From Eledone cirrhosa (Eukaryota): a stretch of DNA of 64,000 nt. Shown here piece by piece: positions 25,886-39,999 of this stretch. Position 1 is the stretch's first letter. Every line of letters begins with the position of its first letter. Under the pieces are notes generated by a model. The model was given only the letters and a program-made list of their open reading frames with translations, was not told where the DNA came from and did not search any database. The position numbers and the translations under genes are program-made. Where the stretch lies: contig OZ024740.1 of NCBI GenBank assembly GCA_964016885.1, forward strand, positions 191,828,001-191,892,000. The letters run 5' to 3'.

Positions 25886-26027
25886 TATTGCTTTTGAAAA
25901 CAGCTGTTGATATGCATGTAAGTAAATATTCTCTTTATCTGATATTTTGTAACTAACCTTATATAGATCAACAACGGCGTATAGCTATAATGTATTATCA
26001 TCACCTAGAAACGATCGTAAAACAGTG
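25886..26027 (+). ncRNA. Degenerate long-stem-II hammerhead, paralog of 45553-45691
   Basis: ATTGCTT-TTGAAAA-CAG...CCTA-GAAA-CGATCG-TA-AAACAGTG; the 3' half is identical to the intact copy (CCTAGAAACGATCGTAAAA). Confidence 0.55.
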
Positions 26028-26063
26028 AAGTATATCTCTAATAAATTGATTTTTTTATTTCAT

Positions 26064-26111
<48 letters not shown>

Positions 26112-26267
26112 AAAATGAAACAAGGACGAATGGTTAGTCCTTTATTTTATTTTTTCATACTTGACTCTGTGTAGCTCTACACCTCGATACATACGTGAAC
26201 CTAAACAACTGAGCGCTCACCCGGTTGAACATACATGAACATACAGTAACTCCGCGTTACACTCCAT

Positions 26268-26329
<62 letters not shown>

Positions 26330-29300
26330 TTGCAGACTGGGTCTAAAAATATTGTTTGCCAGGATATGAGTCTACATATAGAATGCTATCATTTAATCTT
26401 TATAATGAATAAGTAATATTTTCGAAAATAATATAAGTGGAAACAAAAAGACTGAAATCAATCTTTTGCGGGAAAATATATTCTATTCTCTAATAAATAA
26501 TATGATGTATTCTGCGAAATCCAGGGACTTTCAATGAGAACCAGAAGTCGACCCTAAATATTACTGATAGCTCTAGAAAAGCTATGAGTGACACCACAAC
26601 TTTTTAACTTTGATTTTGAAATTATGTTTATTATTATCTGGGGTGACACAGCCAGACCAGACTCCAAGTGTCCTTGATCCAAAGACCAGTGTTAACAAAA
26701 CAAAAGTCACATAAAATCTGCTCATGAACCAGAAAAAACACAACCAAGCATATAGAACGACCACACACGGGGCTAGAATTTAACGGACGCACCTATTCTG
26801 ACATTACAAGTAAATTAACCCTAATAAACAAAAACAAAATTAACGGACATAAATAAAGAAATAGAGACATATATCCACGTATACATGATCACACACATAC
26901 ACAAACACGTGATAGAATGCTTACGCGCGCACACTCACTCACGCGTAGAAACTGTGCATGCATATACATAAACATAAAACAAGCATAATTATGGAAAAAA
27001 TTGCATTCTTAGTTTTCTTCTGCATCCCAATAAATATATAGAAAACATATAATGAAACATTACAAGCCGTTGCATATAAAATTAATATTAAATGAGTTGT
27101 TCCGAATTAATGTAATAATCGAGAACTATTCTTAATCAGATTCCGATGCATATAATCCAGAAATGCAATATAACTAGACAAAACACAATGTGATTCCACT
27201 GGGATGTTAACAACCATGTGATAAATCATGTCGTAAACTTAGTAAATACTTCATACTTGGAATAAAAGGTATCGAAAATATTTCATATGTTAGCTTTAAA
27301 TAAACGCACATATAAATGAACAACAGGAACACTGAAGATTTTCGGTTATTTTTACACTAAATTAAGAACGTACATGTCTCGTAAATGTCATTGCTCTAAA
27401 CGTAATATATTGCTATTGTCAAAAGCATTAACAGTTTTACGATAAACATTGTCTGTATTTACTCATGTATGACGATACTCCTTACAGTTTGTTGCTTCGG
27501 TCGGTTTAATGTAGCTTGTCCATTAAGCACATTGGAAATAAAATACTTTCCATGAACGTTCTTTAAGCAGTAAAAATAGTCATTCATCATTCTTTTAAAC
27601 GTATCTATATGCTAAAAAGTTATTGATTTCGAGGGTACTATTCAGCTTTGGATAAGAAAGCACAGTACTTAAAGAAAATAAATTATCCGAATCTTAGAGC
27701 TGATTTGGTATGTAACGCGACAATGAAAGCGCTTCATGAAAACGAATAAAAGAGAAAAGAATTGTTTATAATAGCATAATTTCTATCATCCATATTTACA
27801 ATAAGAATTCAAGTTGTTGATATCCTGCATGAAATAGGCGTTATAAAGAGACAGTCACATATTACTGTTATCAGATGATGTCAAAGTACATAAAATAAAA
27901 TAAAACATCCTTTATTGTTTTTATATGGCATGTGTTGCACTAGAAAGACCCTATTCAAAGATATCGGTTTCCCTCTTAAGTCACTAGATGGGCTAGCTGG
28001 ATTGATACTGCTAAATATTATCTGTGTTCGTGAGATATTGGAATCAATGAGGGAAGTCTTGTTGAAAATGCAAAACGATGTGTCATTTCGCCAAAAATTG
28101 GAATACGTTTGACAGAGATAGTGCGATGCTATTTCCTACAGAAGGATTAAAGGAAAACAATCGGAAAGGTCAAAATATTCAATTCAGAAAGCATTTACAA
28201 GTCACACTGTTTTGAATTTTGTCCAAGAATAGTGCCAAATAAAAGTGTATCTAAACTCTAATTTGTAGGAAAACGATCTATGTTGAATTTGCCGTAAAGA
28301 AAATGCGCCAGTATCTCCTATGGACTAGCCTCTATCTTAAGTGTCAATTTACGTCAACTAGTGTTAAGTGTAGTTTTTTAATGCTTGAAAAAATACTAAC
28401 TAAAGACAACAGTTATTTCTCCAGAGAAATGTTATATTCCAGCAATTTATAATACGCAAATAATTCAGAGTCTGTCATTTGATGTTGATTTTTTAAATGA
28501 ATAATGAAGTTCCTGAGTTAAAATTTATTATATCTTTAGATCTATATAAGGTACAAATAAATTTTTAGGTATAAATATAAGTTCTAAATAAGGTTTAAAA
28601 ACTAAAAATGATAAGGTCTAAAATGAATCGCCCTTTACTCAGATTATTATATAACATTTCTAATGTACTACAGGCTATTGATAAGATGTATTATATGTAT
28701 TCACTGTTGCTGATACGATTTTTAGTAATGTTTGATATATACTGTTGCTGGCACCAATACGAGCACAAGTTATACTATATGAACGCGGTGATTTCAAGTG
28801 AAAACACGTTCTTCGTCGATAACGTATCTCGTAGTATCCTAACGCCACCTTTGAAACATACATCGCATTCAAAAATGAATAAAACTATTATAAAACGAAG
28901 TTCTTCACCAGTAACTTATATGTGTATATGTGTGTGTGAGTGTATATATAAATATATATACATATATATATATGTGCGTGTGTATATGTGTGTGTGTGCG
29001 TGTGTGTGTGTCTGTGTGTGTGTGGGTGTATGTGTATCTGTATGTGTGTGTGCGGATGTGTGTGTATATAGGGTGTGTGCGTATGAGTTTAGATCCATCA
29101 GCTTCAACGCAGGCTTTTCAATATGAAAGATAGTTTAAAGACCTCTGATTATAAAGCTTTAGTGAGTGGGACCACTATGCTACCATTTACACCAAAGCGT
29201 GATGATGAAACATTTCTGCATTTAAGCCGTAGTATTCCGCCAGTAGATAAATAACCAATCTCATTTTCAGAACCGTGGATATGTGTATAATACATATGTG

Positions 29301-30419
29301 TAAACGTTTATCTGTTCTAATGCACTATTCTGTATTGTTGTCGAACAAACCAAGTTAAAACTACTTGTGATTACCAGCTTTGGAACGTGTTTCATATAAA
29401 ATATTTATGACTTGGTAACTAGATGATTTATACGAATAGTTGAATGTAACAGGTGGCTGAAATCTGATTTTCAACACTGCCCATTAGAATAAACTAGTAG
29501 AAATGAATATGTGTGTGATTCCGTTATGTTTATCGATGATCTTGAATGTTTACAAAGCTACATAATGTGTGGTGCATGTATGTAGTAATTTTCACTCGTA
29601 AAACAGCAGTAACATTTTGACATTAAATATTTGAATGTTTCAATTCATCAACATATACCTATCTGGTTTCCGTTATCGCCTTCAATGTAATAAATATTTC
29701 TTCCTATTTTTCCGTTTTCTATCGCAAGATATTAACATTTATTTACACTCTTAATAGTTGGACAGTTGTCTAATACAATGTCCTATTTTATGTTGTCATC
29801 TGTGTTGATACCTTTGTTGAGTCCAAGCATGTTAACACTATTGTTGAGCGTTTAGCAAAGTAATTCATTGATTTAGTGCGATAAAAATATGTGGAAAGAA
29901 TGTACCTGAAAACAAAATTATTCAATACCTTAACTCAATTGGCTGCTCTGATCGAGTTGAGATAACATTCAACTTTAAAACTGACTGTACATAATGTAAT
30001 GGGGATCATCTCACATTCCTACATGAATATATTGAAACTTTTCACTGACCCGCTTATTTGTGATAAGGTATTTCATTTTGTCGGTATACTTTTAGACAAA
30101 CTAAACCTGATTTTTACATATCTTCTATTGCTATATTTAACTGTAAACTGTTTATCAAATAACGCAAGGAGTTGCTTTTTTCTATTAGTTTTAACTTTTA
30201 ATGAAAAGATATGCAAATCAGAGATAGTGGGATTGTGAAATGTATTCATGATCAAGTTTCATTATACTGCAGAATAATGTTGGCATTATTCTACAGATGC
30301 TGGTAATTAGACGGTTAATGACTACGTGTACTCAATAGGTAATGTAGAATACATTCCCAGAGTATACACATATATATTCGATTCAATACAACACCCGTAA
30401 ACGGGTGCGTGTAGTAGTT

Positions 30420-30530
30420 CTCGGACTTGAGTTTCGGCCACACTTAATGCATCAGTAGGGTGCACTGTACCCTATATCTGCATATATTATGCAACAATGC
30501 ATAATCGACGCATGTGGCTTCATCAGCGGG
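30420..30530 (-). ncRNA. Type I hammerhead ribozyme with branched, extended stem II
   Basis: Minus strand: CCCG-CTGATGA-AGCCACA-[ATTATGCA/TGCATAAT hairpin; TAGGGT/ACCCTA hairpin]-TGTGGCC-GAAA-CTCAAG-TC-CGAG. Confidence 0.7.
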
Positions 30531-30624
30531 TATCGCCTAATCAATAACCTATCGATCGACAGAATTCAACTCCAGTCCATGCCGGCTATGACTGTTTGTG
30601 ACGGCCGTCACAGTAAAGTGATTA

Positions 30625-30709
30625 GCAACTTTCACTGTGCCAAACACTAAAATATTGGTATTACACTGATTTATAATCTTATCGATTTATCCATATCACC
30701 TCATATTTA

Positions 30710-30789
<80 letters not shown>

Positions 30790-30860
30790 GTGATATGGAT
30801 AAATCAATGAGATTATAACTCAGTAAATACCTATATAATAGTGTTTGACACAGTGAAAAT
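30625..30860. repeat. Diverged ~80 bp inverted repeat around a (CT)n(TA)n tract
   Basis: 30630-30706 (TTTCACTGTGCCAAACACT...GATTTATCCATATCACCTCAT) is the reverse complement of 30785-30860. Confidence 0.85.
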
Positions 30861-31237
30861 TGCGACCGGCAACAAGTTGGCAACAAACCCACTACATCAA
30901 CGAAATAACCAGCAGCTTAAGAACGAACCTGGACCTGTGTGAAAGATATATAAATATGTCCGATTGGTTTCTCGGAACCGGAAGCGACAATCCAAGTTGT
31001 GTAACTTACAAGCCAGTAATGATGCAACGTGGATGTCCCTTTCTCAACAGGTGTTTCTTTTGTTTTCAACAAGCCCGGCTTACTAACCCCACTATCATGT
31101 ACTGTAGTAGTAACTTTCCAGCGCGCTCTCATGTTCTTTCTCAAGAAAAGAGGAAGATTCACATCCGGGCTTTTGCGGGCGAATTCAAAAGTGTGAACAA
31201 AGCAATCGATTCACAGGCTCCAAGTATATATATATAG

Positions 31238-32393
31238 TAATAATAATAAATTTGAAGACTAAAATCCAAAGAGGGCTCGATAAGGATGAATATATATCAG
31301 ATATATAAGAACCGTAGAGCAAATATTTATTAAAATAACAGATTAAATCTTAAGCAAAGAATAGCTGCTTTCACCCATAACGGGATCTTATGAGACTAAA
31401 CAATCAATATGTCAACGCAGAAGTAAATATTTCAAAAAACGTTGCTACCGGGAAAAAACGAAGATAATACGTCATTATGTGTTTCAATGAGAACAATTAC
31501 ACATAAAGACAAAAATCACGTAAATGGTATAACTGAAGTCGTAGACTAAAATTCTATTTAGGAAACCGAATGATTCTCGGCTTCAGAGTTTTAGAATAAA
31601 GTAAATAAAATACATATACGTACATACACATGCATACACGATAACACTCCCCATGGGTATACAAATACAAGCACGTACACAGAAAAAACCAAAAAAAAAC
31701 CCCACACACACACGCACATACACAACCCACGCAACGCCTGTACCGCACACATATGAACGTATACACTAAATAGACAAAAGATTAATAAACACCATATATA
31801 TATATACATGTGTGTGTGTGAGTGTATACATAATTAAGTAATCGTATCTAAATATACACACAAAATATGTATCTAACGCGCGCGCACAACCACCCACATG
31901 TAAATACACATATGTTCGCGGACTTACGTCAGCCAAAACACAAATTACACATATACACACAACCTACACACGTACGAACGCACGTACTCAGACATACGCA
32001 AAACTCACGTATACACATGCACATGTACCAGTACATATAATATATACGCCAATAACATATACGAGCAAATATACGTACCTTCACATATACAAGCAGGTAT
32101 ACGTATCTTCACAAAACATACAGGTAATATATACTTACCTATACGAATAAGTAATGGTATTAACATAACATATACTTAGCTACCACATCAAGACATAAAA
32201 TATCCGCGTATAGTTCGTATACTTTGCCAGGGAACGTTTCCACGAACCAAAGTATCGCCTTCCTGGCTTCCTTCGGTTGCAACGTTTTTTGAAATATTAT
32301 TTCTGCTTTCACAGATTTACTTTTTTAGTTTTAGAAGATCCCGTTAAGTATGAAAGCAGCGATTCTTTGCTTAAACTTTAATCTGTTAGTTTA

Positions 32394-32400
<7 letters not shown>
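31238..32400 (-). mobile_element. Solo 3' UTR/pseudo-LTR of the Naiad-type family at 57255-59720, followed by an oppositely oriented LTR piece (32223-32400)
   Basis: 31238-32210 is reverse-complement similar to ~58400-59470; 32223-32400 matches 59548-59720. Confidence 0.85.
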
Positions 32401-32448
<48 letters not shown>

Positions 32449-32503
32449 TATATATATTCACACACACACAAACACACACACACACAAACACACATACACA
32501 CAA

Positions 32504-32536
<33 letters not shown>

Positions 32537-32577
32537 CTTATATATATATATATATATATATATGTGTATATATATAC

Positions 32578-32669
<92 letters not shown>

Positions 32670-32671
<2 letters not shown>

Positions 32672-34910
32672 CAAAAGCTCCTACAAAAAGCAAAAGATGT
32701 CGTCAGACGCTTAAGATGACGAGCCCGAGCATTTGACGGCAAAATTACAGGCACCAACAACCTGAAATCGAGAGCCTACCCTCCTAAGGTAACTGAACTT
32801 GCTCCTTTCGAGACGAGCCTTCTTGACTTATTCGCTAACATTCCCTTTCGCAAACACACTAACACCTTTCAAACGAATCTCATATATGATATTAAGCAAT
32901 TTAGGTCTTCTAATAACACCTTTGTTCTTTCTGACAAAACTAATAATATTTACGAAGTCGACAACACCACTTTCCGCCACCTGGCCCATAACACTATTAC
33001 TTATAAAAATAAGAAAGCTAACCATATAGCCTACCACGTCATTAATACAGAAGAGATATATCTTGCCGCCGACCTTAAGGTAGATAAGAAGCTACAATCA
33101 CTAGCTAAGCGTTCCTCACGCTGAAAGATCTCAAGGTAGACTTTACTTCTAACCCCATATGTAGACTAATAAACCCGGCACGCACAGATATGTGACTAGT
33201 CAGTATGGCCATACATAGAAACATACTTAAGACGATTAGGACCAAGTGCTACCTGCCCCAATGGGAGAACAGCGTCTCATTAATTAAGTGGTTTAAATCC
33301 TTAAAATAAAAAAGCGAATTTCACACAGTTCGACATTGTCGATGTTTACCCGTCGATCTCAGAGACCCTGTTAAACAAAGCGTTGGACTTCGCTACCACT
33401 TACACCACCGTCGATGGTTTAGACAGGGAAATCATCGCTCACTGCCGGTAAACCCTCCTCTTCAACGACGGGCAAAGAAGTCTACAACTTCAGACGTATT
33501 CGCCGTTTCCATGGTATCGTTTGACAGTGCTGAGGTATGTGACTTTGTTGGCCTATTTGTCTTAGATATATTACGTGTTAGATTCTCGGACTTCCACACA
33601 GGAATATACCGCGACGATGGACTGACTTTATCGAGCCATAAAAGTGGTCACGACCTCGACCAGTTTAAAAAAGACTTAGCTTCTACCTTCAATGAGTTAG
33701 GACTTAGGATAACAGTAGCCACCAACCTCTCTAGCGTAGATTTCTTAGACATTAATTTAGACCTTCGCACACACACCCACAGCCCATTCCATAAGCTAAA
33801 CGAGAAACCTAATTATATTTACAAGGACTCATGCCACTCTCCCACTATTTTTACAAACTTCGTTAAGAATATCAGTACTAGAATCTCAAACCTCTCCTCT
33901 AATAAGGCTATTTGACAGGGCGGCACCCTACTATAACACGGCGTTGGCTAACAGGGGCTTCTCGCAACCTATCACTTACTCTCCCACTAGCAACAACACC
34001 ATTAAGAAAAGTAAGCGCAACAATAGACAAACTATCTGGTTCTCTCTTCCATTCTCACTCAACGTTAAAACCAATGTAGGAAAATAATTTCTAGCCCTCT
34101 TAGATAGACACTTTCCCATAGATCATAAATACCGATCCTTCTTTAACTGACACAAAGTTAAACTAGGATACTCCTGCGCTAAGAACATGAAGGCCCACAT
34201 CACCAGCAGCCCTAGGAGCAACACCACATCAGGGTGCTCTTGCCGTAAGCCTGATGCTTGCCCCCTTCAACAGCAATGCAACACACCCGCTGTAATTTAT
34301 GAAGTTGTGGTCACTTCCAACCGACCAAACGAACCACAGCAGGTCAAATCTTATGTGGGCGTGGCGGAGGGCCGATTCAAGGAACGTTTCCTGAACCACC
34401 AGTCTACCTTCAGGAACTGGGACAGACGTTCATCCACGAAACTCGCGAGCCATGTATGGTCCCTTAAGGACTCAAATATAGACTACTCCATTCAATGAAA
34501 ATCCATCACTAAGTCCAATCCATACGCAAGGGGCAATCAGACGTGTGGCTTATGTATTGACGAACGAATTACTATTCTAAAAAGATTACGCAATAATGAT
34601 TGCCTAAACACGAGCAATGACTTTTTCACACGATGTCCACACGTCGCCAAACACCTATTTCATAACTACAGGGATCCGGACGGATTCTTTGTAATTTTAT
34701 TTTCAACCAAAAAACATTTCGGACTTTCGCAGTCTCTCTCGCACGCAGTTTAGTATTGCCCGTGTGAACTGACCGGGTTTCTGCGCATGCGCGTTGGTAC
34801 GGTTGTCCTTCCTGTTCCGTATAATCATGCACATTCCGAGCTGAGGATCGACTAAGGGGAAATAATTGTTCTCGGTATGGTGAACTAACTGTTGTGTAAC
34901 CACTTCTAGA
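32670..34910 (+). mobile_element. Penelope-like element with Naiad-type motifs (RT plus GIY-YIG), decayed
   Basis: CRLINPA, QFDIVDVYPSIS, MVSFDSAEVCDFVGL, GIYRDDGL, VDFLDINLDL, IWFSLP, CSCRKPDACPLQQQC, VIYEV..SYVGVAEGRFKERFLNH, TKLASHVWSLKD, CGLCIDE. Hammerhead downstream. Confidence 0.92.
34836..34875 (+). ncRNA. Minimal type I hammerhead in the PLE 3' LTR
   Basis: CCGAG-CTGAGGA-TCGACTAAGGG-GAAA-T-AATT-G-TT-CTCGG: perfect 5 bp stem I, palindromic stem III loop, weakened stem II. Confidence 0.75.
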
Positions 34911-35382
34911 CATATATATATATATATACATATATAGGAATGCATAATTTTAAACATATATACGTATGAAAGTGTGTATGCTTGTATGTGCTTTTATATA
35001 AGTGTGTAACATGCAAGAATGCCGAGGAACTATAATTTGCATTTATTGTAAATGTTGAAATAATTTTTCTGATAGATAGATAGCATAAATCGATTGTAAA
35101 GTACCTCTGCGTCATCTTTATCGTATACAAGTATGTTAAAAGGACTACATAACATTATAGTAAGAATGAATTTTGCAATGAATGCCAAAGGCAAGTGAAA
35201 GGAAAATGTGTTTTCCTAATTAGTAAATCGGTAAAATCTCTAAGTGTGACGGGGCTTCGAGAAAATTACTTGCCAGCATCCCTTGAGGAAAACATGTTTA
35301 TGCAGTTAATTAGCCGAAGCCTAGGGTGAATAAACTAGTCAGCAATAGTTCTATCTTATACACATTTATACATCAATATACA

Positions 35383-35427
<45 letters not shown>

Positions 35428-35443
35428 GTATGTATAAATAAAT

Positions 35444-35508
<65 letters not shown>

Positions 35509-35564
35509 TTATTATGTGTTTTATATATGTATTTATATGTGTTTTATATATATATTTATATATG

Positions 35565-35649
<85 letters not shown>

Positions 35650-35705
35650 TTATTATGTGTTTTATATATGTATTTATATGTGTTTTATATATATATTTAT
35701 ATATG

Positions 35706-35782
<77 letters not shown>

Positions 35783-36418
35783 GTGGGTGTATGTGCGTGT
35801 CAGTTCGTGAGAACTTAAGCAAGGTAATTGGATATCAGGTAAAATTTGGGAACGGAACATATGAGTGTTAAATTTTGTATTTCTGTAAAGCGAATAGGAG
35901 TTTGAGACAAGTACACATATAAATATAAAGAATAAGAAAAAATGATAAACAGTATGGGATATAGCCAAAAAAGGCCTTAAGTATTAGTCTTGGCTACATT
36001 TTATAATGGTTTATCGTGGAGTGTTAGAAAGCTAAAGGAATTTCATTTACAAAAAGAAAATCATGGGTCTAAAGTAAATTGCATTCTATATTTTGTTTGC
36101 TGGAAAGCTTTATCTCCCGGGATAGTAGGCATAATGATTTCAGTAATTGTTAGCTCTACCAATTATCGGTACGAAAAAAATAGTAGTATGTGTAGCTGCG
36201 CCACCTAACAACCCTTAGAGATACAGAACGATGGACATTTTTTTTTTTACTGACAAATATTTCAGAATATATAGCAATTTAGATTGTTAATGACACGTGT
36301 AATATTCTTGTCGTTTCTCGTGATAATTCATAAATCATACGAACAATTGTCACGCCATGTTCTAAAATAATGTTATGTTCTGGTACGACAGACACAAACA
36401 CACACGCAAACACACACG

Positions 36419-36467
<49 letters not shown>

Positions 36468-37914
36468 ACACACACACACACGCACACACACACACACAGA
36501 CACGCATATATGTTTATGAAGGATTTCCCGTCGAGTTTAACAATGAACACTCAATCTTGTTTTCCAAATGAAAGTTTATTTTGGGAAATAACGGATATGT
36601 ATTTGGGTGCCCTACACAAACATGTAGCTATATCAGCGTGATACACTATATTGCGAGGCAGGTACTTCGAATTAAAAGTACTAATCAAAGGATGTTTTTC
36701 CATACCTTCAATGTTTACTTACTTTTCTTCATCAGATTTGGTCAACCCAAACCAAGAGTTAAGACGCTTAGTCACGTGCCATGCAGTTGGATTGCCTTAC
36801 CAGCCATGATTACTAGAATCCGTACCCGGCTTTTCGTGCATACAGTAGATACACTTTTTTTTAATAGATTCTGGCAGTCCTCAGTTCATATAAGAACGAT
36901 AGATCGTTTATAATTGCTGCACTGATGCATTTCAGAAGATGGTTCAAGTTCAAATTTAAAATGATATGCAGAAAATCATTGATATATATCATATTACCTT
37001 TCTTAAATTGTCTTTCAAATATTTCTGCGTAATCTTCGTAATCGCTATAAAACATAATAAATTGTTCTATGTGGAACTAAAACTAATTCCCCTCAAGAAA
37101 GTTCACTTGACCCGTCGATTTTTACCGTTAGAGTGTGTATACATGCGAACATTTTCAAATGCATGTCTATAAACTGTGACCGTTATATTTGTACGATTCA
37201 ATTATATATACCTGAACATGTTGGTCTGAATGTGCATGCGATTGTTTGTGTTGCAAATATGTATACATGCGTAAGCATAATACACATATTTTGATTCTCC
37301 ACGCTGATATACAATTTTATTAGGCCACAGTGCCTTGCTCCAGGATTTCTTTTATATAATTCAGCCTCATGCCTCCAGCCTCACGTGGGAACGGCTTCGA
37401 GATGATTAGATTTATCCAGCTGCTTCAGTGGTATTTCACACACATGTAAGCTACACTGCGCAGGATTTCTTGAGAGAGCGTGTCCCTCAGTGTTCACAAC
37501 ACTGATTTTCATTTCAGTCATGCAGCACCCGGCAGTAAACGTACATGTCGGTTATAACTTCATGATAGCCTGCAAATTCCAGCCGGATGGTCATACAACC
37601 ATCGGCTTTGATGCATGTACCAACAGAGAACTTAAACGGGATTTGTAATACAGTTTTGCCATACGTAGAATAGGGAAACAGGTATTGCGATCATTGACAA
37701 AGAGGGCAAACATTGTTAGATCATACATATAGAATGTGCTGTCGATAATAAAGTTTGCGATAAAGAAAGAAAGATGTCGATAGATACGACAGGCTAGCCC
37801 GTGAGTTTAAGCAGTTGTGACCACCAAAGATTTTGATAGTAATGTAAAAAATTGGAACAGCAGTAAGGATCATGAGACGTAATTTGCACAAATAGACGTT
37901 GTCATATGAGCGGA

Positions 37915-38060
37915 GCAATTGCAGAAAATAGCACCACTTGGAACAGCTCGCATTCTCCAGAGGGTGTTTGAAAAATGAGGGGTGTTACTTCCGTCAATGG
38001 CAGGGAACGGCTAATATTACTCATCTCGAGATAAGGGAAGTAATCATAGCAATAACAATG
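37915..38060 (+). mobile_element. Very short 3' fragment of an R4/Dong-type element
   Basis: LQKIAPLGTARILQRVFEK* matches the C-terminus seen in the 23.4 kb and 24.6 kb copies (QK..LLGTARIL, QKIVLMGTAHILRKIL); AAT-like tail follows. Confidence 0.7.
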
Positions 38061-38814
38061 GTTTTACATGAAGAAAACTTTAAGGAAGTCTCAAAGAAAA
38101 CATGTATGTGTGGGTGTGTGGGTTTGTGTGTGTATGCGTGTGTATGTGTGTGTTTCATTTCTATTATTGGTTCAATATATTCGAGAAAATACAAAGGAAG
38201 AAATCAATGCAAAGGTGGGTTATAAATGAAAAGAGGTAGTAAAAACTATAATAGAAAACCGCTGTACAAATTATAATAGATATTGTAATAAGAATACGTA
38301 TATGAATAACAAACAATAACATATGTATGGATCATTCCTTAATAATGATGACTGCATATTGGGATAATTCAAGGGAGAAAAAAGAACACAAATCCCGCAT
38401 GAGTATTAACATGCCCTCTTCCACTTTCATTGCTTCTGCTTAAAAGAAGAAATAGTGAGATCAGTCCCATCCATCTTCTATCAAACAAATTAGAAGGGAG
38501 CTCTTCCCTCTTTATCCTAACTTTTCTCTTCAACTGGAAGTTGAAGAATTCGAAGATAAAGTTTGACCATTAACGAGAATTCCTGTCCTAAATCATTTTA
38601 AACGAGTTCACCATACATGTTTCTTCGCTATAACTAACAGTTAGGTTACGAGGATGTCTTCTAAAACAGACTGGAGTTTCAAGTTTCAATGTAGACTTTC
38701 AATGGAAAAAGGTTGTCAAGATATATACCAGAAAATGTGCAAGTGAATGCCAAAGTAGTAACGAAGTCGCAGTGAGCTGTGCTCGGTAATGCAGTGACGA
38801 TAGGCATAATAATA

Positions 38815-39065
38815 CTACTGATAATAGTAATAATATTTTCTGATTTAGGCGCAAGGCCAACCATTTAGTGCGTAGGAGAATGTCAATTAAATAGATACAC
38901 TGTGTTACTGGTACCTTAATTTATCGATCCTGTATGGATGAAAAGCGAAACTAACCACAATTTTAAACTCAGAACCTAAAGGGGTGTAACTATATACCGC
39001 AAAGCCTTATGTCCGACGCTCTACTGATACCACCAATCAACCAATAATAATAATGATGATAATAA
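38815..39065 (-). mobile_element. Diverged tRNA-derived SINE copy; a further tail fragment lies at ~40545-40590
   Basis: TTTAGGCGCAAGGCC...TTACTGGTACC..TTTATCGATCCTGTATGGATGAAAAGCGAAA...AACTCAGAAC; flanked by AAT repeats. Confidence 0.8.
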
Positions 39066-39999
39066 TATGGTCTTAAGAATGTCATCCAACGATCAATATT
39101 TGACAGCTATAGACATTTCTTTCTCAGATAGATATTTTGCAAGTATCATTTATTGGTATACGTATGAAATGTTGGAAAGATATACAACGAAGATATTCGA
39201 TAAATCCAGTTAGAATCTGCATTGAAATAGCTCTTAGATAATTTATAGATCATTGAATCTTGTTAATGGTAAAAAGAAATCGACCTAAGACCATTTCTTC
39301 TTCTTGCATTTCCTGCTTATAACGTCTTTATGCATTCAATATTGCCCAAAATTATTCTTTATAACGTAATAAACGCATTCTCTCTGAATTAATGCTGTAA
39401 TACAAAGTCTGCGCATCTACCACGTAATAAACGCTGAACGAACTATTTAAGTATATTCAGTATGTTAACTCAAATGTTGAAATAAAATAGTAAAACACCT
39501 AATGTGGTAATCTATAATATCTAAAGCGGACACAGAACACTACTTCCTCAATTTTGGCCTCATTTACACTATATCGTTTCTATAATAAATGTCACTATCT
39601 ATATGCTATTTATAAATCAACCAAAACGCTATTACTAACTACCCGGTCTGAGGTCAGTATATGTATAATGTCTTTCAACTGAAAAGCTATTTTCTCTAAC
39701 ATTGTGTATGTTAACTTAAAAGGTAACAAGCATTACATAAAGATTTGCATTTAATTTCCCAATGATAATTAAGATTCGATGTCATGTGAAACGTGGGAGA
39801 ATTTGCAAAACCTTTACCACAGGAATTCTGGAAAGCGTCTACCGAAAATAAGTAGTAAGCTCTGTACATATAGTGACAAAATCAGACAAACCAGCCCAGC
39901 CAAAATTGTTTTTTTTTTGTTTTCTAATTTGTGTAATTTCATTTGTGAGTTTGTTTATTGTATTTTTTGTGTTCAGTATATTTTGTGTGATGAAGGTGC

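Noticed and set aside
26400-30350. Host exons in the unique AT-rich stretches (also 400-4500, 55700-57050, 62100-64000)
   Set aside because: Only short ORFs without recognisable domains or convincing splice-bounded frames; small exons cannot be excluded without RNA-seq.
33190-34500. In-frame TGA codons in Naiad-type ORFs (also ~57728 and ~41837) as possible selenocysteine codons
   Set aside because: They fall at expected Gly, Arg or Trp positions or at an inversion junction, not at conserved Cys, and the copies have many other lesions. No SECIS was recognised.
35275-35330. Further hammerhead-like strings (CCCTTGAGGA...CCGAAGCCTAGGGT; also ~40030-40085 and ~50290-50450)
   Set aside because: Two or more core or helix elements are missing, so they cannot be distinguished from chance.
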